Below are positions 1-11,588 of a stretch of DNA of 64,000 nt, one piece after another. The stretch lies in contig MCFE01000043.1 of assembly GCA_002104905.1 (NCBI GenBank), positions 62,001 through 126,000 on the forward strand, in the 5' to 3' direction. Source of the stretch: Basidiobolus meristosporus CBS 931.73 (lineage: Eukaryota; Fungi; Basidiobolomycota). The translations under genes were made by a program, and so were the position numbers. Position 1 is the stretch's first letter. The number at the start of each line of letters is the position of its first letter. Under the pieces are notes generated by a model. It was not told where the DNA came from, ran no database searches, and was given only the letters and a program-made list of their open reading frames with translations.

Positions 1-814
1 TTGGGCACTGTTGATGTGCTTCAAAGACTGTGAGGTGTTCCTCTGCTGTTATATGGGGATATGGCCCAGTTCTTCTTTGTGATATTGAGCTACTTAAGTT
101 CCTTCTCTGCAGCAAAGATACTGCATTCTCTACCTAGGATATTGATTATTTGACATGCATTATCTGCTCATCCAATTTGTGGACTATCTTGTGATATCTC
201 TGAGCCTTAGCACCTATCCTGTAAGCCACTGCACCTAATTGCCTCATTAATGCTTAGTAAGAGCTAACAGCATACTTGCTATATGGGCAGTGATGATGTT
301 ATAATATCCACTTGCTGGTATCCAACCAGATATACTGCATTTGCTACAGTCTCATCTGCCTGAGCATTATGGGCAGCTTGTGGCTCTGCATTTATTCACA
401 ATTGCCTACCTGACTGAGAGCCTGAGGAGTGTGCATTATCACCTTCAGTGGCCACACTGTCAACATGGCCTTTTTTGGACTTAGCCCTGCGTGCTGCACT
501 GAATATCAATGCAAGCTGTTGTCCACTGTTCTTCTGCTGCTGTTAGCAGTGGGGCTTGCTAAGGAACCAGACAACTTTGCTTTTTTTGCAGCATATAAAC
601 ATGGAAGTGCATCAAACCAAAGGGGGAAATAGTGCTACATATACAAGTGTATATGGTGCTATAGCTTTATTTATAATGCCTACAATGGTAGGTCATCATT
701 GAATCTACATTCATGCAAATGCAATATCCAAAATACAAGACTGTCTAAAATTCACATGAGTATGGACAAAAAAGGGATATAATTGCATTACAACATTGAG
801 TGTTAAGCTGTTTG
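1..814 (-). pseudogene. Degenerate 5' part of the CACTA-like element's accessory gene (gene B) plus the gene B/transposase intergenic region
   Basis: 290-800 aligns by eye with 9930-10440 (same strand) and with the reverse complement of ~25090-25620; no intact ORF. Confidence 0.55.
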
Positions 815-1165
815 TGTTGTAAGAATCTTGGAGATATTGGAAGTGATTAGGAGAACAATTGGATTATATGGTTTTCACTTAATGATTTATTGAATGTAAA
901 AGTAGTATTTATACTTTTAACTGGCTTTGGCATTACAAGCACGTAAAATAGGTTAAGAAAGGTCCCAAGAACATTTGTGCAAAGTTTGGGGCTGTTTGGA
1001 CAACTTTGAGAATTTTTCATGTTCTGGGTACCTGGTATTTTGGTGAAAATATTCTTAGTAAATCCCAACAAGGAATTTTGGTCAGTATTCTCTAGGATTT
1101 GAAGGTGATGATCTAAGTGACTAAGTTAGGTGAATATCTAGGTGGAAATACAAATTTTTACAACA
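815..1165 (-). repeat. Copia-A 3' LTR
   Basis: TGTTGT..ACAACA ends; reverse complement of the LTRs at 1663-2012 and 6140-6488; PPT GCTGAGTGGGGAG adjacent at 1166-1178. Confidence 0.9.
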
Positions 1166-1470
1166 CTCCCACTCAGCTAAATGTTCATACTGACTAGTCC
1201 TAATTTTCACCTAAGATATTCAAACTTGTCTCTAGCTAATGGTTTGGCAAATATGTCTGCTATCATTTCATCTGTAGGACAGTAAAATAAGCTAACTAAG
1301 TTATTCTCTATAGCTTCACATATGAAATGATGTCTAATATCTATGTGCTTGGTTCTAGCATGAAAAGTTGGATTTCTACCCAATTGTATACATCCTTGAT
1401 TATCTTGAAATAAAGTAATAGGTGTTTTTGACATAGGCCTAAATCTGTAAAGAGCTTTCTAAATCATCAC
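1166..1470 (-). pseudogene. pol: Copia-A RNase H C-terminal remnant (rest of element deleted)
   Basis: ORF 1207-1434 ...QDNQGCIQLGRNPTFHARTKHIDIRHHF...ADIFAKPL, near-identical to 5880-6110. Confidence 0.9.
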
Positions 1471-2012
1471 CTAGCTGCAATTGTGACCTTGCACAAATTG
1501 AGTCAGATGAGTTTCTGGTGGCTTTAGGCACATTGCAGACTGCAGAATAAAGCACATAGAGTGACAGCTCTGAAGCAGAAGGCTAACTGATGAATTGCAA
1601 GCCTATTTCCCCCAGCAACAGGTGAATGATGTGATGTTTTGGCTAGAGAAGTGGCATGTTTCTGTTGTAAAAATTTGTATTTCCACCTAAATATTCACCT
1701 AACTTAGTCACTTAGATCATCACCTTCAGATCCTAGAGAATACTGACCTAAATTCCTTGTTGGGATTTACCCAGAATATTTTCACCAAAATACCAGGTAC
1801 CCAGAACGTGAAAAATTCTCAAAGTTGTCCAAAAAGCCCCAAACTTTGCACACATGTTCTTGGGTCCTTCCTTAACCTATTCTACATGTTTGTAATGCCC
1901 AGACCAGGTAAAAGTATAAATACTACTTTACATTCAATAAATCATTAAGTGAAAACCACATAATCTACTTGTTCTCCCAATCACTTCCAATATCTCCAAG
2001 ACTCTTACAACA

Positions 2013-5000
2013 GAATTAAGAAAATCAAGCACCAATAAGAAGGAAGAAGAAAATGCTTTAACAAGCAATGATCACCAACAAAGGAGGTACCCAAGGCCCT
2101 ACAAAGGCAACAGCAACCTGTTTTGCAACTACTGCAAAAGGAAAGGACACACATCAGACTGGTGTCTCAAGAAGAGAGATTATCAGCAAAAGAAGCCTGA
2201 ATATGGAAATGCTACAACAACTGAAGATAGACTATTTATGTCTGCACTAAATATGACTACAAACAAGGATTCTCAGATGTGGTATATTGACTCTGGAGCT
2301 TCTCAACACTTTACACACCAAAAAAGACTTGTTCTGTTGGATAATGCCACATTGAGCCATGAGTGCCAAATGATGCCATAGTGTGCCAGAGAGGCCAAGT
2401 GAGTCTATACATGGCCACAGAGTGTGAAACATAGATCTGCATCTTCATGCAAAGCAGCCCCTGTGTTTCACCCATGATGCAGGAGAAAATCCATTTTTTG
2501 ATGTTTTTTTGTGGATCAATATTGTGCAGGATGTATAAGAGCGCTAAAGGATTGAAGATATGCATCTGGTACTCAATACCCATGGCACTCTGAATCTAGC
2601 TCCTGTGGCTTATAACATGTCACAAAAATGCATGGCACTATCTTGGTCTACTGGCACTATCTGGCACTATATTTAATTATATGCCCTAAAGTAAGATAAA
2701 TACAAAGCACTTATAGTGCCAGATAGTACCAGTGGACCAAGAGAGTGCCATGCATTTTTGTGACATGTTACAAGCCACAGGAGCTAGATTCAGAGTGCCA
2801 TGGGTATTGAGCACCTCATGCATGACTTCAGTCCCTTTGTGCTCTTACACATCCTGCACAAAATTGACCTAAAACAAAAGGTCAAAAAATGAATTTTCTC
2901 TAACACAATGGGTGAAACAAAGGGACAACTTTGCATGAAGATGCAGAGCTATGTATCACACTCTGTGGCTAAGTATAGGTTCACTTGGCCTCTCTGGCAC
3001 ACTAAGGCATCATTTGGCACTCATGGCTCAATGTGGCACTATTCAACAGAACAAGTCTAAAGAACTTTCACCCAATATCAAGAAATTCCAATTAAGAAGG
3101 TTTTCATGGGTGACAATAGAACACTTGATGCAGTGAGCAAAGGAACCATCCAAGTAAATCTTAGAAGCAGTGAAGGAAGCCATACACTGACCTTTAAAGA
3201 AGTACCCTACGTACCAGAAATAGTCAAGAACCTACTCTCTGTAAGCAAGGCCACAGCAGAAGGACTCAGTTTCAGTTTTGACAATTCTGGATGCGGGATC
3301 ACTGATCAAAATGGTGCCCATATTGCTTTGGGCATCAGAGATCAGAATCTATACAAGTTGACTTATATTCCATCATATTTGGAAGCCAATATAAGTAACT
3401 TAAATGAAGAAACACCAATGCTTTGGCACACAAGATTTGGATACATCAATTTTGATTATTAGTGTGAAATGATCAAAGATCAGCTAATTTCTGCAGTGAA
3501 AATTGATCTCCCAGCTAATTTGGAACACTGTGAAGCCTGCATATATGGGAAACAAGCCAGACAGCCGTTCAAGAGCTCTGGGTTAATCAAAACTAAGAAA
3601 AAATTAGATCTAATTCACTCAGATATGTGTGGGCCTATGCAAAATTTATCCATAGGCGGGATGAAGTATTTAATCACTTTTATTGATGATTATACAAGAT
3701 ACAAATGAGTCTACTTCATGGAGAAACAGGAAGAAGCTCTGTCTTAGTTCAAGGAGTTTAAAGCCATGGTGGAGAGAGAAACTGGTGAAAAAATCAAGAA
3801 AATACGCTCTGACAATGGTGGAGAATATACCTTAAAACTCTTCATCTACTTCTGCAAAATTCATGGGATAAAGCAAGAGACTACTGTACCATACTCCCCA
3901 CAGCAAAATGGTATAGCAGAATGTGCTAACAGAGCAATAATTGATATGGCAAGATCTATGATCTATGATCAAAGATTATCCAATGATTTTTGGGTGGAAT
4001 CAGTTGCCACTACTGTATACCTTAAGAATAGGAGTTATAACAGAATACTTTGTGATTCTACTCCATTTGAAGCATGGTATGGATACAGACCAAGTGCACA
4101 ACATCTAAGAATATTTGGGTGTACAGCATATGCCAAAAAACTGGCCACAAATCAGTCAAAATTTGGGCCAAAAAGTGTAAACTGCATATTTTTGGGCTAC
4201 TGCAATGAGAGTAAGGCATACAGACTCTACAATACCAAAGCAAAGAAGCTGATCAAGTCCAGGGATGTGTTGCTTGATGAAAATGCAAAATTTTCACAAA
4301 AAATGACATCAGATTATGACCAAAATTTGATATCAAGTCCACCAATTGTCAGGATTGAATCAGAGCAAAACAATCAACATTTTTTCACTCCAGAGGACTT
4401 TACAACCGTGATTCAGCCATAATCAGTGCCCAGGAATATCCCAGAAGTGATCATTCCAATATCAAATGCCTGGAGATCCAATCGGACAAGAAATAGCCCA
4501 AATCACTATATTAATGAGGGTACAAACTTAGCCTATGCCTATTCAGTCCATATTGATGAATCCCAGACTGTAAAAGAGGCCCTAAATAGCCCTCAGACGA
4601 AGTTTTGGAGATCTGCAATGACTGAGGAATATCAGGCCCTGATGGAAAATCAAACTTGGGACTTAGTCAAATTACCAATCAACCAAAAATCAATTGGATG
4701 CAGATGGGTCTTCAAGACAAAATACAAGGCTGATGGTACAAATGAAAGATACAAAGCAAGACTTGTGGCCAAAGGATACTCTCAAACAAAAGGACTTGAC
4801 TATACTGAGACCTTTGCACCGGTAGCCAAGTTTAATTCCATCAGATTATTATTGGCTATTGCAGCCAAATATAAGTCTTTTATACATCAAATGGATGTAA
4901 AAACTGCACTTTTGAATGGAGAACTTGATGAGCACAAGTATATGGACCAGCTTGATGGGTTTGCTGACCAAGATAACCCCCATTTGGTCTGCAAGCTTAA

Positions 5001-6110
5001 AAATTCACTATATGGCCTCAAACAATCCCCAAGAGTCTGGAATTGCAAGATAGATTCTTATTTGGAATCTTTGAGTTTCAAAGGAATAATGCTGACTATA
5101 GTATATACTACAAGCCAGATAGAGCAAATCCAGTTCTAGTAGCTCTATATGTGGATGATCTTATTATAGTCAGCAATAATCTAGAAACATTGGAAGAGAC
5201 TAAACCCAGCCTATCTAAGGAGTTCAAGATGTTCAATCTAGGAGAACTTAATTAATACTTAGGGATCAAGTTCTCCATAGACAGAAGTACTCAGACTATC
5301 ACCCTAAGACAATCTAAGTATATTCAAGATATTCTAAAGAAGTACCAAATGGAAGACTGTAAACCGGCAGCTACCCTAATGGAGACAAACCTTAACTTGG
5401 TCAAAACTCAACCAAATCAAGAGAGCTTGGTGCCATCTGAAAGCCCTGACTTTCCTTCTCAATCTAGGGTTGGCAGTCTGATGTATATCATGCTTGGAAC
5501 ACGTCCAGATATCTCATATTCAGTGGGAGTTGTCAGCCAACATAATCTGAACTATGGATCTGATCATATTGCAGCAGTTAAGCGGATTTTTAGATACCTA
5601 AAAGGAACTGCTGATATCTGTTTAAGATACACTTATAAGGATTCAGAACAAGATCTTGTGGGATACTCTGATGCAGATTGGGGATGGAATTTAGAAGACA
5701 GAAGATCAACCACAGGATACACCTTTCTTTACTGTAAAGGAGCAATTTCATGGAATTCAAGAAAGCAACCAACCATAGCACTTTCCACCACAGAGGCAGA
5801 GTATATGGCAGCCTGTGAAGCTACAAAAGAAGCAATGTGGTTAAGAAAACTTTTTACAGATTTAGGCCTATGTCAAAAAACGCCTATTACTTTATTTCAA
5901 GATAATCAAGGATATATACAATTGGGTAGAAATCCAACTCTTCATGCTAGAACCAAGCACATAGATATTAGACATCATTTCATATGTGATGCTATAGAAA
6001 ATAACTTAGTAAGCTTAGTTTACTGTCCTACAGATGAAATGACTGCAGACATATTTCCCAAATGATTAGCAAGAGACAAGTTTGAATATCTTAGGTCAAA
6101 ATTAGGACTA
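2013..6110 (+). pseudogene. gag-pol: Copia-A gag(C-terminus)-pol with stops and frameshifts
   Basis: Zinc knuckle CNYCKRKGHTSDWC (~2125); protease WYIDSGASQH (2279-2308); integrase HSDMCGP, RSDNGGEY, PQQNG; RT KARLVAKG, YVDDL; RNase H YSDADW. Confidence 0.9.
2325..3058. mobile_element. 734-bp hairpin MITE (copy 1) inserted in the Copia-A protease
   Basis: Arms begin AGACTTGTTCTGTTGG and end CAACAGAACAAGTCT; ~40-nt spacer; 3-bp TSD AAA; removal restores HFTHQ-KEL. Confidence 0.9.
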
Positions 6111-6585
6111 GTCAGTATGAACATTTCGCTGAGTGGGAGTGTTGTAGAAATTTGTATTTCTACCTAAATATTCACCTAACTTGGTCACTTAGATCATCGC
6201 CTTCAGATCCTAGAGAATAGTGACCTAAATTCCTTGTTGGGATTTACTCACAATATTTTCACCAAAATACCAGGTACCCAGAACATGAAAATTCTTCAAG
6301 TTGTCCAAAAAGCCCCAAACTTTGCACACATGTTCTTGAGACCTTCCTTAGCCTATTCTACATGTTTGTAATGCCAAGACCAGGTAAAGTATAAATACTA
6401 CTTTTACATGCAATAAATCATTAAGTGAAAACCACATAATCTACTTGTTCTCCCAATCACTTCTAATATCTCCAAGACTCTTACAACAGTTTCCACTAAT
6501 ATCAGTAGTGGGGGCTTTGAGGATTTACTCCTACTTTTTGCCTGAATCATTCTGGGATGCAACTTACCATGTACATGGTACAAGT

Positions 6586-7106
6586 TGTTATGAATAGACA
6601 CAAGGCAGGAGGAAAAGCTAGGCATGGCAGGAAAGGACTTAGGTGTGGACCATCAAGGCAAGGCAGGATTCAAGGCAAGGCTGTTTATTCAAGACCTGTG
6701 TTTATCAGACTGAGGAATACTTAAGGGGGGATAGGACTATATATACTTTTTGGTTATACTGATGCCAAGAGATATTGGCTAATCCTAATGGGGTTGTGGG
6801 GTGAGGCACAGCAATGGTGCTGGGGATAAGGACATAGATGACATGGCACTGAGACAGGTTGGGGAAATGGATTGGGTCACCTGATCATGTGAATAAGTCA
6901 TGTGACCTGGGATTTTCATATATGGTACTAGACTATGAAAGATACAATGGGAAGCTTCCATGGAATGTTCCATTGTGTAACAATGGTTTGGAATGGTCAG
7001 GAACTTTCCGGAAGGTGGTAGAAGGTTCCAGAAGGATTCTCTTAGAAATTGAGCTAGGAAGCTGAAACTTGGCATGGGTGTTCATGGTTGTCATGTGATC
7101 ATGACA
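6586..7106. repeat. Solo LTR, family C
   Basis: TGTTATGA..TCATGACA ends; perfect TSD CAAGT; second copy at 26731-27259. Confidence 0.88.
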
Positions 7107-7844
7107 CAAGTAGGCAACCTTCATGCAGCTAGCAACATATGCACTAGAGACCATCCTGATACCAGCATATGTAAACAGTTGCATAGCATTCACATCAGAA
7201 AATGCTACCACTGCAAGGTGACAAACTTGCCAGGTATCCATTACCATAGGAGAAAGACATTGATCATGCTTTGGATATTTTCCAGTAATACCCTGTCTAA
7301 AAAAGCTCAAGCAGTCCAACAAATATTGCAAACCTACAAATTACCATGCTCAGTAACAACCATGCAAAAGCATTTCTGATATATCTGATGGCATTTGTTA
7401 CAAACAACTAGGAAGCAAGGGCTCCCTTGAAGGGATGTATGACCATGTCTTTGCCTTGGCACTTGTTGGATACTCATTAAACAAGTAGCCCTATGAGAAA
7501 TAATTGTGATGATCCTGTTGAAAGGCCATCACAAGGTTCAAGTCCTGTGAATGCAAGGTATAGATCCTGTCAGTACACTGCACAAAGACTGCTGTAAAAA
7601 ATTGCACCCCAGATTTCACAAAAAACATTATAAAAATTTTTCATTACAACAATACATACTGATTTTTAATTTGATCACTATTGATTTTCTCACCTTCTGA
7701 TCCTGGACACTCTATTGCCTCCTACATTTGTATGCATTGATTGGCTATTGCCTCTTTTTCACACTCCTTACTTCCTGACTCAACTGTTTCTCTTACTTTT
7801 CATGTGTGCAAATTGATTTATTTTTGTTGAAACTTCAGTTGTAC

Positions 7845-10310
7845 TTAAATTGCTAATTGTATTGCCCTAAACAAGTCCCAGTACCATACACTAAAATTAA
7901 GCCCAACCCCACACTCAACAAGTAGCTCTATTAAAATCCACCACCCAGTAAGTATTTCTGCTCTGACACTCTGCTTCCATGACCTCAGCTGGAACCCAAC
8001 AGCTTTATGCCCCTGCTCATTCACTGGTTCCCACATGTCCTGCTCTTCAGCCAGCACTGCAAGGTCCAGCTTCTCATCTGCCAGTCTTTGCAATAAATAC
8101 TTGCAGTATTCAGGTACATTCTCTTGAGCACTGCTCTTGAAGAAGTGCTGCAACCTTTTGGTGTTCCTATTAATGTTCCAAAATTCCACTGAAGGCATTG
8201 GGACAACCTTTTGAGTTCTTGACATTGTAGCCTTCTCTGTTGGTGGGATCTCCACTGAGTCAACAATGGAGGATGTGGAGGCTGAGGTAGACAAATTGCC
8301 TTTCTCCGCAAACTCATCCACCTTACTGGAGTGTAGCTCAACTGCCTGCACTTTCTGTTGTAAGAGTCTTGGAGATATTGGAAGTGATTGGGAGAACAAG
8401 TAGATTATGTGGTTTTCACTTAATGATTTATTGAATGTAAAAGTAGTATTTATACTTTTACATGGTCTTGGCATTACAAACACGTAGAATAGGTTAAGGA
8501 AGGTCCAAGAACATGTGTGCAAGGTTTGGGGCTGTTTGGACAACTTTGAGAATTTTCATGTTCTGGTACCTGTATTTTGGTGAAATATTCTAAGTAAATC
8601 CCGACAAGGAATTTGGTCAGTATTCTCTAGGATTTGAAGATGATGATCTAAGTGACTAAGTTAGGTGAATATTTAGGTGGAAATACAAATTTTTACAACA
8701 CTTTCAACTCTTGTGAAAACAGCTGTTTTGTTGCTGGTAATACTTCTTGACTATGATGGGATTCAGTCTATTCTGAGCCTGTGGAGTCAATTAGCAAGAG
8801 CTGCAGTTTGTATTGTATGCTTCCCTGTCTCAAGCTTAGGCAGACATTTTTCCCTTTACATTTTCCTTTATCACTGCTAGGTCTTTCACAGCTACTTTGT
8901 TTGAGTGCTTCTTGTAGTGAGCTACATTTTCTCTTTGATAAATTCTGCTCTGACACATCTGTTTTGGCTTGCTTGTCCCTTGCTGGTACTCTTCTGGCAA
9001 CCTGACATTTCTTTTCTGCTTGTTTTGAGCTCTCAGCTGTAGTTGTGATTGGCTCCTGAGAAAGCCACTGGTTTTTTTCACTGCCAGGTCCTTTATTGCT
9101 ACTTTGACTGAGTGCTTCTTGAGTGGTACTATGCCTTTTCCTTAATAAATGTTGTGCTGGTGCATTTGTATCTGCCTGCTTGGCACTTATTGGCACTCTT
9201 CCAGCTGCCTGTCATACTTTTGACACTTGTTTGAAGCTTTTGGCCCTGCTTACAAAGGGCTCTTAAGGAAGCCACTAATTTTTAGCCATGGCACCCATGT
9301 TCTTCTGCCTTTGATAGTTTCTGCTATACTTAAGATACTTTCTTGGCATACCAATGCTGGCCTAAAATCCATTTGCCTATTTGAATCCAGGATAATGCTC
9401 ATGGAACAAGTCAGGAACATTCTGCTTAGCCTTAAGTTCATGATGGTCTCATGGTATGCCAGCCTTAAGGTGATGGTGTGCTAGACTTCTGACAGCCTCT
9501 TGAATATTAGCCCACTCTTCATTATTGCACTCAGTGGCTTCACAGATCTTCAGTGTCTTTTGATTTTTGAGCTTTGGTATGAACACTATATTTTCTCCCT
9601 CCCATGCTGTGATAGGTTTCTCTGTGGGCTTTATCTTTGGGTACTGTTGTTGTGCTTCTAAGACTGTATGGTGCTCCACTGCTTTTACATTGGGAAATGG
9701 ATCAATTTTTGGCTGTGACGTTGTGCTACTTGAGCTTCTTCATTGCAGCAAAGATGCTGCTCTCTCTACCTGGAATACTGATTCCTCTACATGTATTATC
9801 TGCTCATCCTGCTTCTGAACTATTACCTGATTTCTCTGGGCCATTGCATCCATCCTATCAGCCACTACACCTAATTGTTTTTTTTATGCTTTGGTATGAG
9901 CTGATAACACACTTGCTTATATGGGTGGTAGTGATGTTATGACAGCCACTTGCTGGCCTTCAGCTGAAGGTACTGTGCTTGCTACATTCCCATCTGCCTG
10001 AGCATAATGGTCAGGTGGCAGCTCCACAAAGTTTCACAATTACCTTCTTGACTTAGAGCCTGAGGAGTCCACATTATTACCTTCAGTGGGCACATGGTCA
10101 ACATGGCCTTTTTTGGATGTAGCCCTGCTTGTTGCACTGAACGTCAAAGCAAGCTGTCATCCAACAGTACTTCTACTACCATTAGCAGTGGGGTTTGGTT
10201 GGGAAACAGATAGCTTTGCTTTATACTTTGGTGGAATATATATCAAAGTGAGTCAAACAAAAGGGGAAATAGTGTTGCATTTATGTGAGTATGTGGTACC
10301 ACAGCTTTAT
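7845..10310 (-). pseudogene. Accessory gene B of the CACTA-like element (unknown function; coiled-coil and K/Q/S-rich middle, conserved C-terminal domain)
   Basis: C-terminal ...VEFWNINRNTKRLQHFFKSSAQEN...WEPVNEQGHKAVGF... is homologous to 29480-30060; 5' part is homologous to 25250-26050; broken into several ORFs. Confidence 0.6.
8356..8700 (-). repeat. Copia-A solo LTR
   Basis: TGTTGT..ACAACA; perfect TSD CTTTC on both sides. Confidence 0.92.
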
Positions 10311-10960
10311 ATGTAATGCTTACTATGCCAGGTCATCATTGAATTTTACATTCATGTAGATGCAATGTCTCAAATATAATGCAGTCTCAAACTCACATGA
10401 ATATTGACAAAAAAGTAGTATTGTTGTGTACATTGTTGAATGTCAGGCTGTTGCCCCATAGACAAGTCTACTTTGATTCAACACTATAAGAAAAAAAAAG
10501 ACCATGTGGCTATTGTAGCAAGCCTCTCAGCCATGAAGCATGCAGACAGCATAGGAAGTATTATAGGGATTATGGCCAGTGTTTTCTCCCACAAGTCATA
10601 TCTAACCATTCACCAGCTACTATTGTACTAACAAAATCTTACCAGCTATTTGACACTCTATTATTGCACCAAGCTGTACTTGTCACCTGGCGCAAACTGA
10701 GTCAGGAGAGTTTGTGACACCTTTAAGCTCTCCCCAGCCTTCTGAATATGGCATGCAGGGTGATAGCTCTGAAGAAGCAGGGTCACTGATGGAATGTGAG
10801 CCTATCTTCCATTACAACAGTACACTGCATGAGCCCAGCAAGATCCCATTATTCAATGCAACAACACCCATGGAAAAAAATGCCAAGAAGATTTCATGGA
10901 ACAAGTGAGCCCAGTAATTTATCTTCTGGAGAATGATGTGATGCTGTGGCTAGAGAAGTG

Positions 10961-11454
10961 CCCTATGAAAAATAACTTGGTCCTGCAGGTAGATCCAATC
11001 TGAATCAGCCATTAAGATCCCATCAGGAGACTGCAATAGTGCCAGCAGCTTGAAATCAATGACCATCTACACAATGTTGTGACATGATCACAACAGTGCT
11101 TTGCTAATTTCACCATCAAATAAAGTTGATAATATATGACAATGCTTGTACTGTGTCTTGCCAAGGGTAGCATGGCATTGTTGTGGTCTCAGTGCACTTT
11201 ACAACTATCTGAGTGAATCTAACTGGCGAGTACATCCAATTGACTTATATGGCAAAAAAACTGACAGTGTTTTGATGACCTTGTTGCAAGCCTTCAATGG
11301 CATTATCATGGCAGTATGGCAGCCTACAGTTGATACAGCATGACACTATTGCACCAATCTACCAAATGCAATTTCCTTTTTCTACCTCCCCTTCTTCAGT
11401 TCATAGTCCCCCTTACAGGTGCAATATAGCTCATATTTGCGTCAATTTAGTTTT
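10961..11454 (-). mobile_element. Right end of another CACTA-like copy (inverted), inserted in the preceding transposase
   Basis: Starts CCCTATGAAAAATAA; matches 31737-32180 and continues into the reverse complement of the transposase tail at 28250-28330. Confidence 0.55.
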
Positions 11455-11588
11455 AGACTTGTTCTGTTGGATAGTGCCACATAGTGCCAGCCTGTTTATA
11501 GTGCCAGGTCAATCTGGCACTATCTGGCACTATAATTTCTACCATTATGCCAGTGGTAGGATATAGTTACTGGTAACTTTACTCAATC

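Larger units (their letters stand above)
1663..6488 (+). mobile_element. Ty1/Copia LTR retrotransposon Copia-A, degenerate, 5' internal deletion
   Basis: LTRs 1663-2012 and 6140-6488 (~19 differences in 350 nt); perfect 5-bp TSD GTTTC (1658-1662, 6489-6493); PPT GAGTGGGAG 6131-6139; copia domain order PR-IN-RT-RH. Confidence 0.95.
1471..7488 (+). pseudogene. CACTA-like transposase remnant (1471-1662 and 6494-7488) interrupted by Copia-A and a solo LTR
   Basis: Joining across the Copia TSD gives GTGGCATGTTTC|CACTAAT, matching the reverse complement of 24560-24610; 7110-7488 matches 30250-30610. Confidence 0.6.
7489..10960 (+). mobile_element. Left part of a CACTA/EnSpm-like DNA transposon (terminus, accessory gene B, transposase N-terminus)
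   Basis: Starts CCCTATGAGAAATAAT at a junction with an older transposase remnant; same end recurs at 29212; transposase N-terminal KRPCGYCSKPLSHE motif at ~10500. Confidence 0.65.

Noticed and set aside
2325-3058. Short TAGTGCCA/TGGCAC repeats as a CRISPR-like array or structured ncRNA gene
   Set aside because: The repeats are irregular subterminal motifs inside a TSD-flanked mobile palindrome; there is no repeat-spacer periodicity and the context is eukaryotic.
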